DNA of 64,000 bases from Felis catus (GCF_018350175.1 NC_058368.1:184700001-184764000), one strand, 5' to 3'; shown: positions 1 to 12,529, numbered from the stretch's first letter. Notes: a model not told the origin generated them from the sequence alone. Made by a program: numbers and translations.

Positions 1-22
1 TGCCAGTCAAACACAAAGGTCC

Positions 23-243
23 TTTTTTTAATGTTTAATTATTTTGAAAGAGAGAGAGAGAGAGTATGTGTAAGGGCGGAGAGGGTCAGAGAGAAAGAGA
101 GAGACAGAATCCCAAGCAGTCTCTGCACTGTCAACATAGCCTGACGCGGGGCTCAAACTGTGAGACCAAACAAACTGTGAGACCATGACCTGAGCCAAAA
201 TCAAGAGTCAGACAATTAACCAACTGAGCCACCCAGGCATCCC
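23..243 (-). mobile_element. CanSINE (carnivore tRNA-derived SINE)
   Basis: Reverse complement has the GGGATGCCTGGGTGGCTCAG head, a (CT)n tract and an A-rich tail; small internal duplication CAAACTGTGAGACCA x2. Confidence 0.95.
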
Positions 244-1086
244 ACAAACTACAAGTCTTAAAATAGTTCTAGAACAGACTATATACTTAATGTTAAAGTA
301 CATATGAAAGAATGGGGATTGAGAAGAAAGAGTTAAACACTTTTAATGCTAAATTATTCTGAATTATTTTATTTCCATATATTTCCATGTACAATTTTGG
401 AAAACAGAAACAAAAAGGAAGATTATAGTTATGTCTGGGAGGTAAGATTACAGGACATATTTGATTTTCTCCTTCATAGTTTTATATTTTTCCTAATTCT
501 CTTCCACAGGAAAATACTTTTTTTTTATTCAGAGGCAGAATAAACATTAAAAGTAAAACAAAAAGGACTTCAACTGCTAACAATATAGCCAACCAGATAT
601 GTGGTGTACTTGACGTTCTAGTTGAAATGTATTTTTTAAAGACATTGCTTTTTAAAATTTGTGACTAAGAATTCCTTAAAAAGAGAAAACAGAATAACAC
701 AATGGACAAGAAGAGAATAAACTGATCACCTTCTAAATTCAAAGTGAAGCTTATTGAAATGCTGATTAACAAAGTATAAAGTTAAATATGCATGTTAAAC
801 TTTTTTACTGAAAGCTATATAAAAAAAAGTAGAGTACCAATTTTCATACCAGTTTTTCTTTCAATTTTTTATTTAAATTCTAGTTAGTTGACATATATAG
901 TAAAATTGGGTCTCAGTAATAGAATTTAGTGATTCATCATTTACATATAACACCCAGTGCTCATCAGAAGTGTCCTCCTTTATACCCATCACCCATTTAG
1001 TACAACACCTGCCCACCTCCCTCCATCAACCCTGTTTGTATTCTTTTACCTTTGCAAATACCTTTAACTAGGTTTTCACAATTTAA

Positions 1087-1183
1087 TACCAGTCAAACAC
1101 AAAGGTCATTTTCTAATGTTTATTTATTTTGAAAGAGAGAGAGATAGTATGTGTTAAGGGGGCACAGGGGCAGAGAAAGAGAC

Positions 1184-1222
<39 letters not shown>

Positions 1223-1254
1223 CCCAAGCAGTCTCTGCACTGTCAGCATAGCCT
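1087..1254 (+). repeat. Diverged copy of window positions 1-142, inserted in the L1 3' UTR
   Basis: Shares the unique flank CCAGTCAAACACAAAGGTC plus the SINE 3' half ending CAGTCTCTGCACTGTCA(A/G)CATAGCCT with 1-142. Confidence 0.9.
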
Positions 1255-4200
1255 CTCTCATAGCCTCAGATATCCTTCCATCTCTTTTTTTTTCCCTTCC
1301 CCTATGTTCATGTGTTTTGTTTCTTAAATATCATATATAAGTGAAATCATACGGTATTTCTCTTCTTCCTGACTTATTTCACTTAGCATAATACACTCTA
1401 GCCCCATCCATATCATTGCAAATGGCAAGATTTCATTCTTTTTGATGGCTGAGTAATATTCCATGGTATATTTATACTACCTCTTCTTTATCCATTAATG
1501 AGTTAATGAGCATTTGGGCTCTCTCCATAATTTAGCTATTGTTGATAATGCTGCAACAAATATCAGGGTACAGGTGCCCTGTTCGAATCAGTATTTTTGT
1601 GTCCTTTGGGTAAATGCCTAGCAGTGCAATTGTTAGGTCATATGGCAGTCTATCTTTACCTTTTTGACAAACCTCCATACTGTTTTCCAGAGTGGCTGTA
1701 GTAGCTTGTATTCTCACCAACAATGCAAAGAGGTTTCCTCTATCTCCACAACCTTGCCAATAGCTGTTTCCTGTGTTGTTGATTTTAGCCATTCTGACAG
1801 GTGTGAGGTGGTATCTCATCAAGGTTTTGATTCTTATTTCCCTCATAATGATGATGTTGAGCATCTTTTCATGTGTCTGTTGGTCATCTGGATGTATTCT
1901 TTGGAAAAATGTCTGTTCACGTCTTCTGTCCATTGCTTAACTGGATGATGTATTTTTTGCATGTTTAATTTGATAAGTTTTTTATAGATTTTGGATACTA
2001 ACCCTTTATCAGATGTATCATTTGCAAACATCTCCCATTCCACAGGCTGCCTTTTAATTTTTTTATTTCCTTCACTGTGAAGAAGCTTTTTATCTTGATG
2101 AAATCCCAGTAGTTCATTTTTTGCTTTGTTTCACTTGCTTCCAGAGACATGTCTAGTAAGAAGCTGCTACAGCTAATGTTGAAGAGGTTGCTGCCTGTTT
2201 TCTCCTCTAGGATTTTGATGGTTTCCTGTCTCACATCTAGGTCTTTCATCCATTTTAAATTTATTTTTGTATATGGTGTAAGAAAGTGGTCCAGTTCCAT
2301 TCTTCAGCATGTTACTGTCCAGTTTTCCCAACACCTTTTGCTGAAGAGGCCTTTTTCAATTGGATCTTCTTTCAACTTTGTCACTGATTAGTTAACCATA
2401 TAGTCGTGGGTCCATTTCTGTGTTTTCTGTTCCATTCCATTTATCTAGGTGTCTGTTTTTGTGCCAGTCCCATCTGTCTTGATGACTACAGCTTTGTAAT
2501 ATAGCATCAAGTCCGGAATTGTGAGGCCTCCAGCTTTTTGTTTTTCAAGATCGCTTTGACTATTTGGGGTCTTTTATATTCCATACAAATTTTAGGATTG
2601 TTTGTTCTAGTTCTGTGGGAAAAAAAATGCTGGTAGTATTTTAATATGGATTTCATTAAATGTGTAGATTGCTTTGGGTAGTATGGAAATTTTAACAATA
2701 CTTTTTTTGTCTAATTCATGTGCATGTAACTTTTTTTTTTTCTTTGTGTCCTCTTCAATTTCTTTCATAAGTGTTCTATAGTTTTCATGGTATAGATCTT
2801 TTACCTCTTTGGTTAGGTTTATTCCTGTGTGTCTTATAGATTTTGGTGCAATTGTAAATGGGATTGATTCCTTGTTTTCTCTTTCTTCTGCTTCTTTATT
2901 GGTGTATAGAAATGCAATAGATTTTTATATGTTTATTTTATATCCTGTAACTTTGCTGAATTTGTGTATCAGTTCCAGTAATTATTTGGTGGAGTTTTGC
3001 GGGTTTTCTACATAAAATATCAGGTCATCTGAAAATCGAGAAAATATGGCTTCTTCCTTGCCAATTTGGATGCCTTTTATTTCTTTTGGTTGTCTGATTG
3101 CTGAAGCTAGGACCTCCGGTGATATGTTAAATAATAATGGTAAGAGTGGACATCCTTGTCTTGTTCCTGACTGTAGAGGAAAAGCTCTTAATTTTTCCCC
3201 ATTGAGGATGATATTAGCTATGGGTCTTTCATATACAGCCTTTATGATGTTGAGGTATGTTCCATCTATCCCTATTTTGTTGAGGGTCTTTATCAAGAAT
3301 GGATGTTGTATTTTGTCAAATGCTTTTTCTGCATCTAGAGACATTATCATATGGTTCTTATTTTTTCTTTTACTAATGTAGTGTATCATAGTGAATTATT
3401 TGCAACTATTGAAGCAGCCCTGTAGTCCAGGAATAAATCCCCCTTGATCACGGTGAATAATTCTTTTAATGTACTGTTGGATTCAATTTGCTAGTATCTT
3501 GTTGAGAATTTTTACATCCATGTTCACTAGGGATATTGGCCTGTAATTCTCCTTTTTAGTGGTGTCTTTGTCTGGTTTTGGAATCAAGGTGTAGCCTCGG
3601 AGGAGTTTGGAAGTTTTCCTTCCACTTCTATTTTTTGGAAGAGCTTGAAAAGAACAGGTATTAACTCTTCTTTGTTGAAAAGATTTTTGATTACTGATTC
3701 ATTTTCTTTGCTGGTTATGGGTCTGTTTTTCTATTTCTTCCAATTTCAGTTTTGGTAGTTTGTAAGTGTCTAGGAATTTATTCCTGATTGCCTGGGTTTC
3801 TGGCATATAATTTTTCATAATCTCTTATGATTGTTTTAATTTCTATGGTGTTGGTTGTGATCTCTCCTCTTTCATTTGTGAATTTATTTATTTGGGTCCT
3901 TTCTTTTTGATAAATATGGCTAGGGTTTTATCAATTTTATTAATTCTTTCAAGGAACCAGATCTTAGTTTCACTGATCTATTGTGGGTTTTTTTGTTTGT
4001 TTCCTTCTGTATTATTTCTGCTTTAATCTTTATCATTTCCCTTCTTCCACTGGCTTTAACCATTATTTTCTGTTCCTTTTCTAGCTCCTTTAAGGTTAGG
4101 TTGTGTATTTGAGACTTCTTGTTTCTTGACATAGACCTATATTGCTATATACTTCCCTCTTAGGGCCACCCTTGCTGCATCCCAAATGTTTTGGACTGTC

Positions 4201-4391
4201 ATGTTTACAATTTAATTTGCTTCCATGTATTTTTTATTTCTTCCTTAAGTTCCTGGTTAACTCTTTCACCTTTAGTAGGATGTTGTTAACCTCCATATAT
4301 TTGTGTTCTTTCCAAGATTTTTCTTGTGGCTGACTTCAAGTTTCATAGCCTTGTCGTCAGAAAATATACATGGTATGATCTCAATCTTTTT

Positions 4392-4567
4392 TTGTTGTTG
4401 TTGAGAGAAAGAGAGAGGCACAGAGGGAAAGAGAGAATCTTAAGCAGGCTCCATGCTCAGTGCAGAGCCTGATGCAGGATTCCATTTCACAACGATGAGA
4501 CCATGACCTGAGTCGAAATCAAGGGTCAGGTGTTTAACTGACTGAGCCACCAGCCGCCCAAGCACTC
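4392..4567 (-). mobile_element. CanSINE nested in L1 ORF2
   Basis: SINE body; TSD CTCAATCTTTTT at 4380-4391 and 4568-4579. Confidence 0.92.
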
Positions 4568-4978
4568 CTCAATCTTTTTGTACTTGTTGAGGCCTGATTT
4601 GTGACCCAGTATGTGAACTATTCTGGAGAATGTTCCATGTGCACTTGAAGAAAATGTGTATTCTGCTGCTTTAGGATGTAATGTTCTGATATGTCTGTTA
4701 AGTCCATTTGGTCCAGTATATTATTCAAAGCCATTGTTTCCTTGTTGATTTTCTGCTTAGATGATCTGTCCATTGCTATAAGTGGGATGTTAAAGTCCCC
4801 TATTATTGTATTATTATCAATGAGTTATCAATCGAAATCACAAATGATTTAATGATTTATATATTAGGGTACTCCCAAGTTGGAAGCATATTTACAATTG
4901 TTACATCACCTTGATGGATAGACCCCTTACCCCCTTCCTTATCTCATGTTGGTCTTTGGTTGAAAATTTAGTTTGTCT

Positions 4979-5113
4979 GGGGGCGCCTGGGTGGCTCAGT
5001 CGGTTAAGTGTCCGACTTCAGCTCAGATCATGATTTCACGGTTTGTGAGCTCAAGCCCCGCATCAGGCTCTGTGCTGATAGCTTAGAGCCTGGAGATCTA
5101 GAGATTGCTTCAG

Positions 5114-5170
<57 letters not shown>

Positions 5171-5194
5171 AGTAAATAAACATTAAAAAAAATT
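4979..5194 (+). mobile_element. CanSINE (SINEC_Fc-like) nested in L1 ORF2
   Basis: GGGGCGCCTGGGTGGCTCAG head, long (CT)n, A tail; TSD AAAAT(T/C)TAGTTTGTCT. Confidence 0.95.
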
Positions 5195-5459
5195 AAAATC
5201 TAGTTTGTCTAATAGAAGTATGGCTACTCCAGCTTTCTTTTGCTATCCATTAACATGATAGATGGTTCTCTAACCCCTCACTTTCAACCTGCAGGTGTCT
5301 TTAGGTCTAAAATGAGTCTTTTGTAAGCAGCATATATATGAGTCTTGTTCTTTTATCCATTCTGATACCCTATATCATTTGATTGGAGCATTTAGTCCAT
5401 TTACATTCAGAGTAGTTATCAATACCTAAGAATTTAATAGCATTGTATCACCTATAAAG

Positions 5460-6415
5460 TCACTGATTCTGGAGATTTTTCTATTTCTTTTTTAGTCTTT
5501 ATTCTTTTGGTCTTTCTCACTCAAAGGGTCCCCTTTAATATTTCTCGCAAGGCTGATTTAGTGGTCATGAGCTCCTTTGGTTTTGTTTTTTGTTGTGGTG
5601 GGTTTTTTTTTTTGGAGGGGGGGTCTGGGTAACTCTTTATCTCTCTTTCTATTCTGAATGACAGACTTGTGGATAAAGGATTCTTAGCTGCATGTTTTTC
5701 CTCTTCAGCACAATGAATGTATCATGGCAGTCCCTTCTGCCGTGCTAGGTGTCTGTGGAGAGATCTGCTGCAAACCTGATTTGCCTTCCCTTGTAGATTA
5801 GGGATATTTTCCCCCATGCTTTCAGGACTTTTTCTTTATCTCTATATTTTAAAATTTTTATTATACTTGGTGTTGGCTGGTTTTGTTGACTTTTATGGGA
5901 GCTCTCTGTGCATTTCAATGTCTGTTTCCTTCCCCAGATTAGGGAAGTCGTCAGCAATGATTTGCTAAAACAAACTTTCTGCCCCTTTTTCTCTCTTCTT
6001 AAGACTCATATGATAGGAATGTTAATAGGCTTTATGGACTTGCTGAGTTTCCTAAGTCTACATTCGTGATCTAATACTATTCTTTCTTCTTTTCAGCTTC
6101 ATTATTTTCCATAATTTTGTCTTCTATATCACTGATTTGTTCCTCTGCTTTGTCCATCCTCATTGTCATTATCCAGTCAGATTTGTATCTGGGTTATAGC
6201 ATTTTTTTTAATTTAAGTCTGACTAGTTTTTAGTTCGTTTACCTCTGTAGTAGAAGATTTTCTAATGTCTTCTATGTTTTTCTCAAGCCCAGCTAGTATC
6301 CTTATGATTGTTGTTTTAAATTCTGGTTCAGGCATGTACTTACATCTGTTTTAATTAAATCCCTGGACATCATCTCTTGTTCTTTACTTTGGGATGAATT
6401 CTTTCATCTTGTCAT
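5460..6415 (-). pseudogene. L1 ORF1 (RNA-binding protein), disrupted
   Basis: Fragment 5745-5957 ..KEKVLKA..IYKGRQIRFAADLS matches the L1 ORF1p RRM/CTD region. Start ATG ACA AGA near 6415. Boundaries approximate. Confidence 0.85.
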
Positions 6416-6426
6416 TTCATCTAGGT

Positions 6427-6429
<3 letters not shown>

Positions 6430-6477
<48 letters not shown>
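6430..6477. repeat. (GT)n microsatellite at the L1 5'UTR/ORF1 boundary
   Basis: About 24 perfect GT units. Confidence 0.98.
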
Positions 6478-6479
<2 letters not shown>

Positions 6480-6729
6480 GGAAAGCTTGTTATATTTCCC
6501 GATCCTGAGAGTAATAGCTATATTTAGAAGAGGTCCTATACTCTCCGGGATCTGGCACTTAGGAAAGTGTTTCAGAGTAGCACTCTCCTGTTGTGTTTTT
6601 GGCTGCTGTTTCAAGTCAATCTTCTGCAGAGTTTCTCCTCGCCTGCAGTGGGGAATGTTTGGACCTTGTCCAGTGCATGAATTTTAACTAGGTGTGATTT
6701 GGTCCATTTGTTGAAATAAACCCAATTCT

Positions 6730-6941
6730 GGGGTGACTGGGTGGCTCGGTCAGTTAAGCATCCTACTTCTGCTCAGGTCATGCTCTCACGGTTTGTGGGT
6801 TCAAGCCCCACGTCAGGCTCTGCACTGACAGCTCAGAGCCTGGAGCCTCCTTCAAATTCTGTGTCTCCCTCTCTCTGCCCCTCCCCTGTTCACACTCTGT
6901 CTCTGTCTCTCAAAAATGAATGTTAAAAAAAATTGTTTTTT
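6730..6941 (+). mobile_element. CanSINE nested in L1 5' UTR
   Basis: SINE head, body and tail; TSD AATAAACCC(A/G)AT(T/C)CT. Confidence 0.95.
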
Positions 6942-8249
6942 AATAAACCCGATCCTATTTCCACTAGAGCTGAAGCTTTGCAACAATCTGTGATCAGACT
7001 TAATGCATATAGGAATGAGGGGAAAGGCAGGGGATTGTGCTGGTCTTCTGCGGGGAGAGGCCTGCTGCACTGTTTCTCAGGCAGTCTGGCCCTAAAGATG
7101 CATCCATCCATCGAGGCAGTGGGGCGGGACTTGGTGTAAATGGCTCCAGCCTCCACTGGGAAGCACTGTGATGATCACTGAAGTCTGTCCTGCTGATGGG
7201 CAGGGGGGAAAAATGGCAACACCCCATTTTCTAGTCTCCAGGGACAGTTCACACGCACTGCTATTCAGGAAGTCCTCACAAAAGAGCAAACAATCTCCCC
7301 TCTTGTGTCCCAGATTTCCATCAGAACTCTGCTTTCACCCTGTCTGTGTCCACACTATCTACCTGCCTGGCAGCACAGTACTCCTGTGTTTTATCTCAGA
7401 TGTGTGGCTGGATTTCAAAAACCCCAAATTTTAGGGACTTGGTGCAGAGTGGACTCACACTGAACTGGGGGATCAGTCTAGCTGTGCCGTGGCTGGTGCC
7501 GGTTTGTCCCAGAAAAGCAACTGCATGACTACACAGGGAACTCAGTATTTATAGTAAAGCACAGCCAAAAGCTGGCTTCCAGATTAGCTGCCTTCAGCAG
7601 GTACTTCTGCTGCTATGTTAATTAAAGGGGCCCTTCGATGGTACCCACCATTTTTGTCCCCTAAGAAGTGCTACCTCTCCCAAATGCACTCCAAGAAGGG
7701 ATAGTGTTTCTCCCTGTGTGACCCAGGAGATGCTCAGACCATGCTGTCTGCTCCCAGGCCTCTGCCCTCCTTCCCCATAGGAGGACCCCTAAGCCTGCCA
7801 GGCACAACAGTGATGGCACAGCCTCCTAAAACCAGATTTTGAACTCTACTATTTATAAAAACTTGTGATAATCAGCCCCTTTCCTTTTCCCAATGTTGTC
7901 GGGGAAGAGTTTTTCTTCTGCAATCCCCTGTGCACTGTTTTCTCTCTTTCTCTGTCTTTCTCTCTCTCTACTCTCTCCATAATCAGGGTTCCATTCCCTC
8001 CACAACACCCGCAATTATTTCCTCCCCCTAATCGACTCACTGCAGTTCATACCTTCCACAATGTGGCCCATTTTTCTCCCTCTAGATGTGCAGTTTGCTC
8101 TCTCAGTCCTCAGATTGGTCTTGGGTGTTCACGATGATTTGATATTTATCTAGCCATGCTTGAGGGCTTAGCAAGCATAGGGTCTCCCTACTACTCTGCC
8201 ATCTTCACCCTTAAACCATACCAGTTTTTATATAATTTTAGTATCATCT

Positions 8250-9340
8250 ATCTAAAATTAATAGGACTGGCAATACCAAGTGTTGGTGAGAATGTGAGGT
8301 AACTGGAATTCTCATATGTGGCTGTTGGTAACACAAAAAATACTACTTTGAAAACGGCAGTTTTTATAAAGTTAAACATAAATTCATCTCTCCTAGATAT
8401 TTTCCTAAGATAAACATATGTCCACAAAATGATTTAAATACAAATGTTCATAGCAGCTTTATTCACAATGGTCAAAAAACTGAAAACAGTCCATCAACAG
8501 GTAAATAGATACCCACCTTGTGGAATATATCCACACAATGGGAGGTAATAGAACTCAGCAAAAAAGAAAATAAAAAGGAATCAACTACTAGTACATACAA
8601 CAATGTAGGTAAATCTCAAACACATTTTGCTGAGTGAAAGAAGCCAGATGCAAAATAATACATACTGTATGGTTCCATTTATAAGAGATTCTAGAAAAGA
8701 TAAAGCTTATCTCTGGTTACAGAACAGATCAGTGGTTGAGTTGAAGGACTAACTGCAAGACACAAGGGAACTTTGTGAGGTGATGAAATGTTCTACATCT
8801 TGATTGTGGTGGTGGTTTCATAAGTGTTCACATTTGTCAAAAACTGAACTGCATTTTTTTATAAATTTTTTTTTAATTTTTATGTTTATTTATTTTTGAG
8901 AGAGACAGAGTGTGAGCAGGTGAGAGCCAGAGAGAGAGGGAGACACAGAATCTGAAGCAGGATCCAGGCTCTGAGCTGTCGGCACAGAGCCCGACGCGGG
9001 GCTTCAACCCATGAACTGTGAGATCATGACCTGAGCCGAAGTCGGATACTTAACCGACTGAGCCACCCAGGCACCCCTAAATTTTTTTTTTAATATTTAT
9101 TTTTGAGAGAGAGAAAGATTGTGAGTGAAGGAGGGGCAGAGAGAGAGGGAGACACCAAAACCAAAGCTGTCAGCACAGAGCCTGATGCAGGGCTCAAACC
9201 CATGAATGTGAGATCATGACCTGAGCTAAAGTTGGAGGCTTAATTGACTGAGCCAGGTGCTCCTGAACTGTATACTTTAAATGGGTATATCTTCTTTTAT
9301 GTGAATTATACTTCAACAAAATGTATGTATATATGTGTAC
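8250..9340 (+). mobile_element. Ancient L1M (L1MC/ME-like) 3' region, interrupted by two SINEs
   Basis: Motifs ACCAAGTGTTGGTGAGAATGTG, GCAGCTTTATTCACAAT, TGCTGAGTGAAAGAAGCCAG, and terminal AATTATACTTCAACAAA. Confidence 0.8.
8853..9263 (-). mobile_element. Two nested CanSINEs (head at 9077 inserted in the tail of the copy with head at about 9263)
   Basis: Two SINE bodies in tandem; inner TSD TAAATTTTTTTTT; outer TSD CTGAACTG. Confidence 0.9.
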
Positions 9341-9399
9341 ATTTATAATTTTAATATGAACTAAAGACTTAAATGGTAAAGACAAAACATTAAACACAT

Positions 9400-9970
9400 T
9401 CTGGGGAAAAAATTCCAGAAAATAGTTCTGTGTTTTCTGAGTAGAAAAGGATTTTAAAAAAAAAAATCATAGAAATAAAAATTATAAATAAGAAGATGAA
9501 TAAACTTGACATTAAAATTATGAAACTTCTTTCTTCTAAGATAGATCAGAAAGAGTGAAAAGAAAAATTATAACCAACAAAAAGATATCTGAAATATAAA
9601 ATGACAAAGTATTAGTATCTAGAATATTTTAAAACTCCTATGAATCAAAAAAGACAACCCAATCAAGCAATGGACATAAGATAAAAATAAGCAATTCACT
9701 TAAGTGCAAACATGACGTGCCAATATACAAAATGATATTAAACCTCATAAGAGATATTCAAATTAAGTCTAAAACTCAATACCATTTCATATCCACCAAA
9801 TTTATAGAAATTAAAGTGCCTGACAAAGTTAGGTATATAGAGTAAGGCTTTCAATAGGATTGGTGATATGGTGATAATCCAAATGGGAACAAGTGTTTAT
9901 AAAACTATTTAGCATTACCTAGTAAAGTTGAATATGTCCATACCCTGTGACTTAGAAGCACTACTACCAG
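9400..9970 (+). mobile_element. Highly decayed L1M ORF2 3' remnant
   Basis: A-rich, with L1-like TTAGTATCTAGAATAT, GACAACCCAAT..AATGG, ATACCATTTCA and TAGCATTACCTAGTAAAGTTGAA motifs. Confidence 0.6.
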
Positions 9971-10036
9971 GAGTAAAATATTTTAAATAATGAATACAAC
10001 CTAAGTAATTTGGTTACACTAAATTTCCTTTAAGGG

Positions 10037-10225
10037 TAGTAGTTCTCAAATCTTAGCATGCATCAGAATCTCCTGGGGAACTTCTAAAGCACAGACAGAT
10101 CCCTGGGCTCATCGCAGAGTTTCTATCTAGCAGGTCTGGGATGGAGCCCTAGAATTCCCATTTCCAATCAGATCTCAGATGAGACAGATGCTACTGATCT
10201 AAGAACCACACTTTGAGAACCACTG
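10037..10225. mobile_element. MER5A-like hAT-Charlie DNA transposon fossil
   Basis: Terminal inverted repeats TAGTAGTTCTCAAA ... TTTGAGAACCACTG; internal GCATCAGAATCTCCTGG; about 190 bp. Confidence 0.85.
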
Positions 10226-10272
10226 CTCTAGGGTAATGTGCTGTCCCAGATTTAAACCTTGAATTGGCATAC

Positions 10273-10278
<6 letters not shown>

Positions 10279-10315
<37 letters not shown>
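10279..10315. repeat. Poly(A)37
   Basis: Uninterrupted A run. Confidence 0.98.
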
Positions 10316-10318
<3 letters not shown>

Positions 10319-11432
10319 CTTGTTTTGCATAAAAGAGCTCTTATGATAGTTAATGGAGAAGGATTATCTCTGAGAAACAAAAACAAATGGAAGAAACAAT
10401 GAAACAACTTTACTACAAAAAGTAGTGTGTCTCAAAGGAACTGGCAGCTTCTTTGATTTTAACAGACAGTCGATACTCCAGGTTAAGTTACTTGCTTTAT
10501 AGTCCTAGAATCTGAAAATATGACATGAATATTGTATCAGCTTCAACAAACTAATCAATAATTTTCTAATTGGGAGTTTTTTTCTGCCAACCTTTCTAGT
10601 TGTTTACTAATGTGTATATTGTGCTTTACAGAATATTTAGTAAATTATGCAAAAGATCTAATTATATCTATTTTTCAGAAGACAAGATGAGTAAACCATG
10701 GACTTAACTAGCAAGAAATGAACATCCAATTTTAATTTACTTGCTCTCAACAACAGGAAAAAGAAGAAAATTCCAATTACTGGTTACATTCACAAAATCT
10801 AGTACAGACTGACAACTTCTAAACAATTTATTTCAAAACAATTGTTTTGCAATTCCCAAAGATATTTCCCCTGGGATTTTCTGTGACAGCTTTAAAATCA
10901 TAAAATTACATAGAAGTTGTACAAGATACATAATATTAGACCAGATTTGTCATTTTATGTTATGGCATCATCATGCAATTTAATAGAACCTAATAACCTT
11001 CCATGACTAATAAAACAAGATACATGGTTATTCAAAGAGGTCTGAGATTTTTTTATGAAGGATTTTATCAGAAACAAAAAACCTCATACATATGAGCTTT
11101 TTATGTATCTGAATACAAACAAACTCATTCATACAGGTTGCTAGTAACTAGTCGATTAAAAATTAATGTAATAATTATCATCTAAAACTAATTTCCACTA
11201 AAAAGATAAATATAATTATACAAGGTTCCATGAACATATAGTAATTGCAATAATTGTTAATAGTGTAATAACTGAGAAAATTACTCTACATGAATAAATC
11301 AATGAGAGAGATAAACCTGAATAAGTATATGAGAATGGGTAAATAGATAACAGGAAGGAAGCAAAACTTGATGAGGAAACAACTCAAGGAATTGTTTAGT
11401 CAATTACATTTCTCCATAAACCTACCAAAGCT

Positions 11433-11654
11433 GGGATGCCTGGGTGGCTCAGTCGGTTAAGTGTCCAACTTCAGCTCAGGTCATGATCTCACAGTCTGTG
11501 AGTTCGAGCCCCACGTCGGGCTCTGTGCTGACAGCTCAGAGCCTGGACCCTGCTTTGGATTCTGAGTCTCCCTCTCTCTCTGCCCCTCCCCTGCTCATCT
11601 CTGTCTCTCTCTGTCACAAAAATAAATAAAAACATTAAAAAATAAATTTTAAAA
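11433..11654 (+). mobile_element. CanSINE
   Basis: Perfect TSD AAACCTACCAAAGCT at 11418-11432 and 11655-11669. Confidence 0.97.
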
Positions 11655-12355
11655 AAACCTACCAAAGCTTATAAAAAGCCAAGATATGTTCCTGTCTATA
11701 TAACCATAAATAGGTCAATTTACTTCTCAAACCAGAAGTTTGCATATCATAAAATGGTAACTACTGACAAGGCTGCCTCATCCAGATGCAATGTCGATGC
11801 ATTCCATAAAGGTGTTTGGTTTAGGGGAAAGGAAGGAGCCAAAATCCATCCCTGTTCTATTTAGCCAGACTTGTCCCCTCCCTCCAACCAGAGAGGCTTT
11901 CCTTTTCTCTTCACACAATGGCACCACATAGACTAGAAGCAGACCTGTCTATAGAGCCTATCCCATCCTGTTGTTTCAAGAATTAAAGGAGACAATGTAT
12001 GTCAAATATGTATGAAGGTTAAAAGAGGTTATGTATGTCAAAGAGTGTGGTAACTAGTACATAAAAGCACTTAATAAACATTAGCTATTACTGTAATGTC
12101 AGCTTTCATTAAGATTTCAGAATCAACACCATGAAAACATCATCATGGATAGAAGGATTTTAAGAATGGCAGTTAAAGAAATTGTACTCCACCTGAATCC
12201 ATTAAAAAAAAAACTCAACTTTTCAGAGTGATGTGAAGGTTCTGTGTTACGTTTATGGTTTTTATCACATGACTATACACACTGTGAAAATTTAACGCGC
12301 ACCCTTAAATTTGGTAAATTATAACTCAATAAACTGATTTTTAATAATAAAATAA

Positions 12356-12517
12356 GGGGTGCCTGGGTGGCTCAGTCAGTTGAATATCTGACTCTTGATT
12401 TTGGCTCAGGTCATGATCTCACGGTCATGGGACTGAGCCCTACATTGCACTCCATACTGGGCATGGAGCCTGCTTATGATTCTCTCTCTCTCAACCAACC
12501 AATCAAGCAATCAATCA
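12356..12517 (+). mobile_element. CanSINE (older type) next to an L1M 3' tip (about 12225-12350)
   Basis: GGGGTGCCTGGGTGGCTCAG..GACTCTTGATTTTGGCTCAGG; upstream AAATTATAACTCAATAAA resembles an L1M end. Confidence 0.88.
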
Positions 12518-12529
12518 ATGTGCTAAAGC

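Larger units (their letters stand above)
1325..5443 (-). pseudogene. L1 ORF2 (endonuclease/reverse transcriptase), disrupted
   Basis: ORF-track fragments carry RT motifs [24 protein letters not shown] (2982-3389) and C-terminal pieces LTPYTKIN..W (1998-2300) and RYHLTPVRMA (1532-1933). Endonuclease start TLNVNGLNAPIK near 5380-5415. Many stops/frameshifts and two SINE insertions. Confidence 0.93.
858..8216 (-). mobile_element. Full-length, inactivated carnivore LINE-1
   Basis: TSD CATACCAGTTTTT at 845-857 and 8217-8229. The minus-strand 5' end reads GGGTGAAGATGGCAGAGTAG (typical L1 5' start). 5'UTR, ORF1, ORF2, 3'UTR and A-rich tail occur in order. Confidence 0.95.

Noticed and set aside
2982..3389. 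Reverse transcriptase ORF as a possible novel RT system
   Set aside because: Standard L1 ORF2 motifs inside a TSD-bounded L1 with many stops and frameshifts.
4979..5060. tRNA-like A/B-box sequence here and at every SINE head
   Set aside because: These are the tRNA-derived heads of CanSINEs, followed by SINE body, (CT)n and A-tail; not tRNA genes.
11765..11950. Possible small hAT-like element interrupting a MIR
   Set aside because: Termini too degenerate to support a family call by eye.
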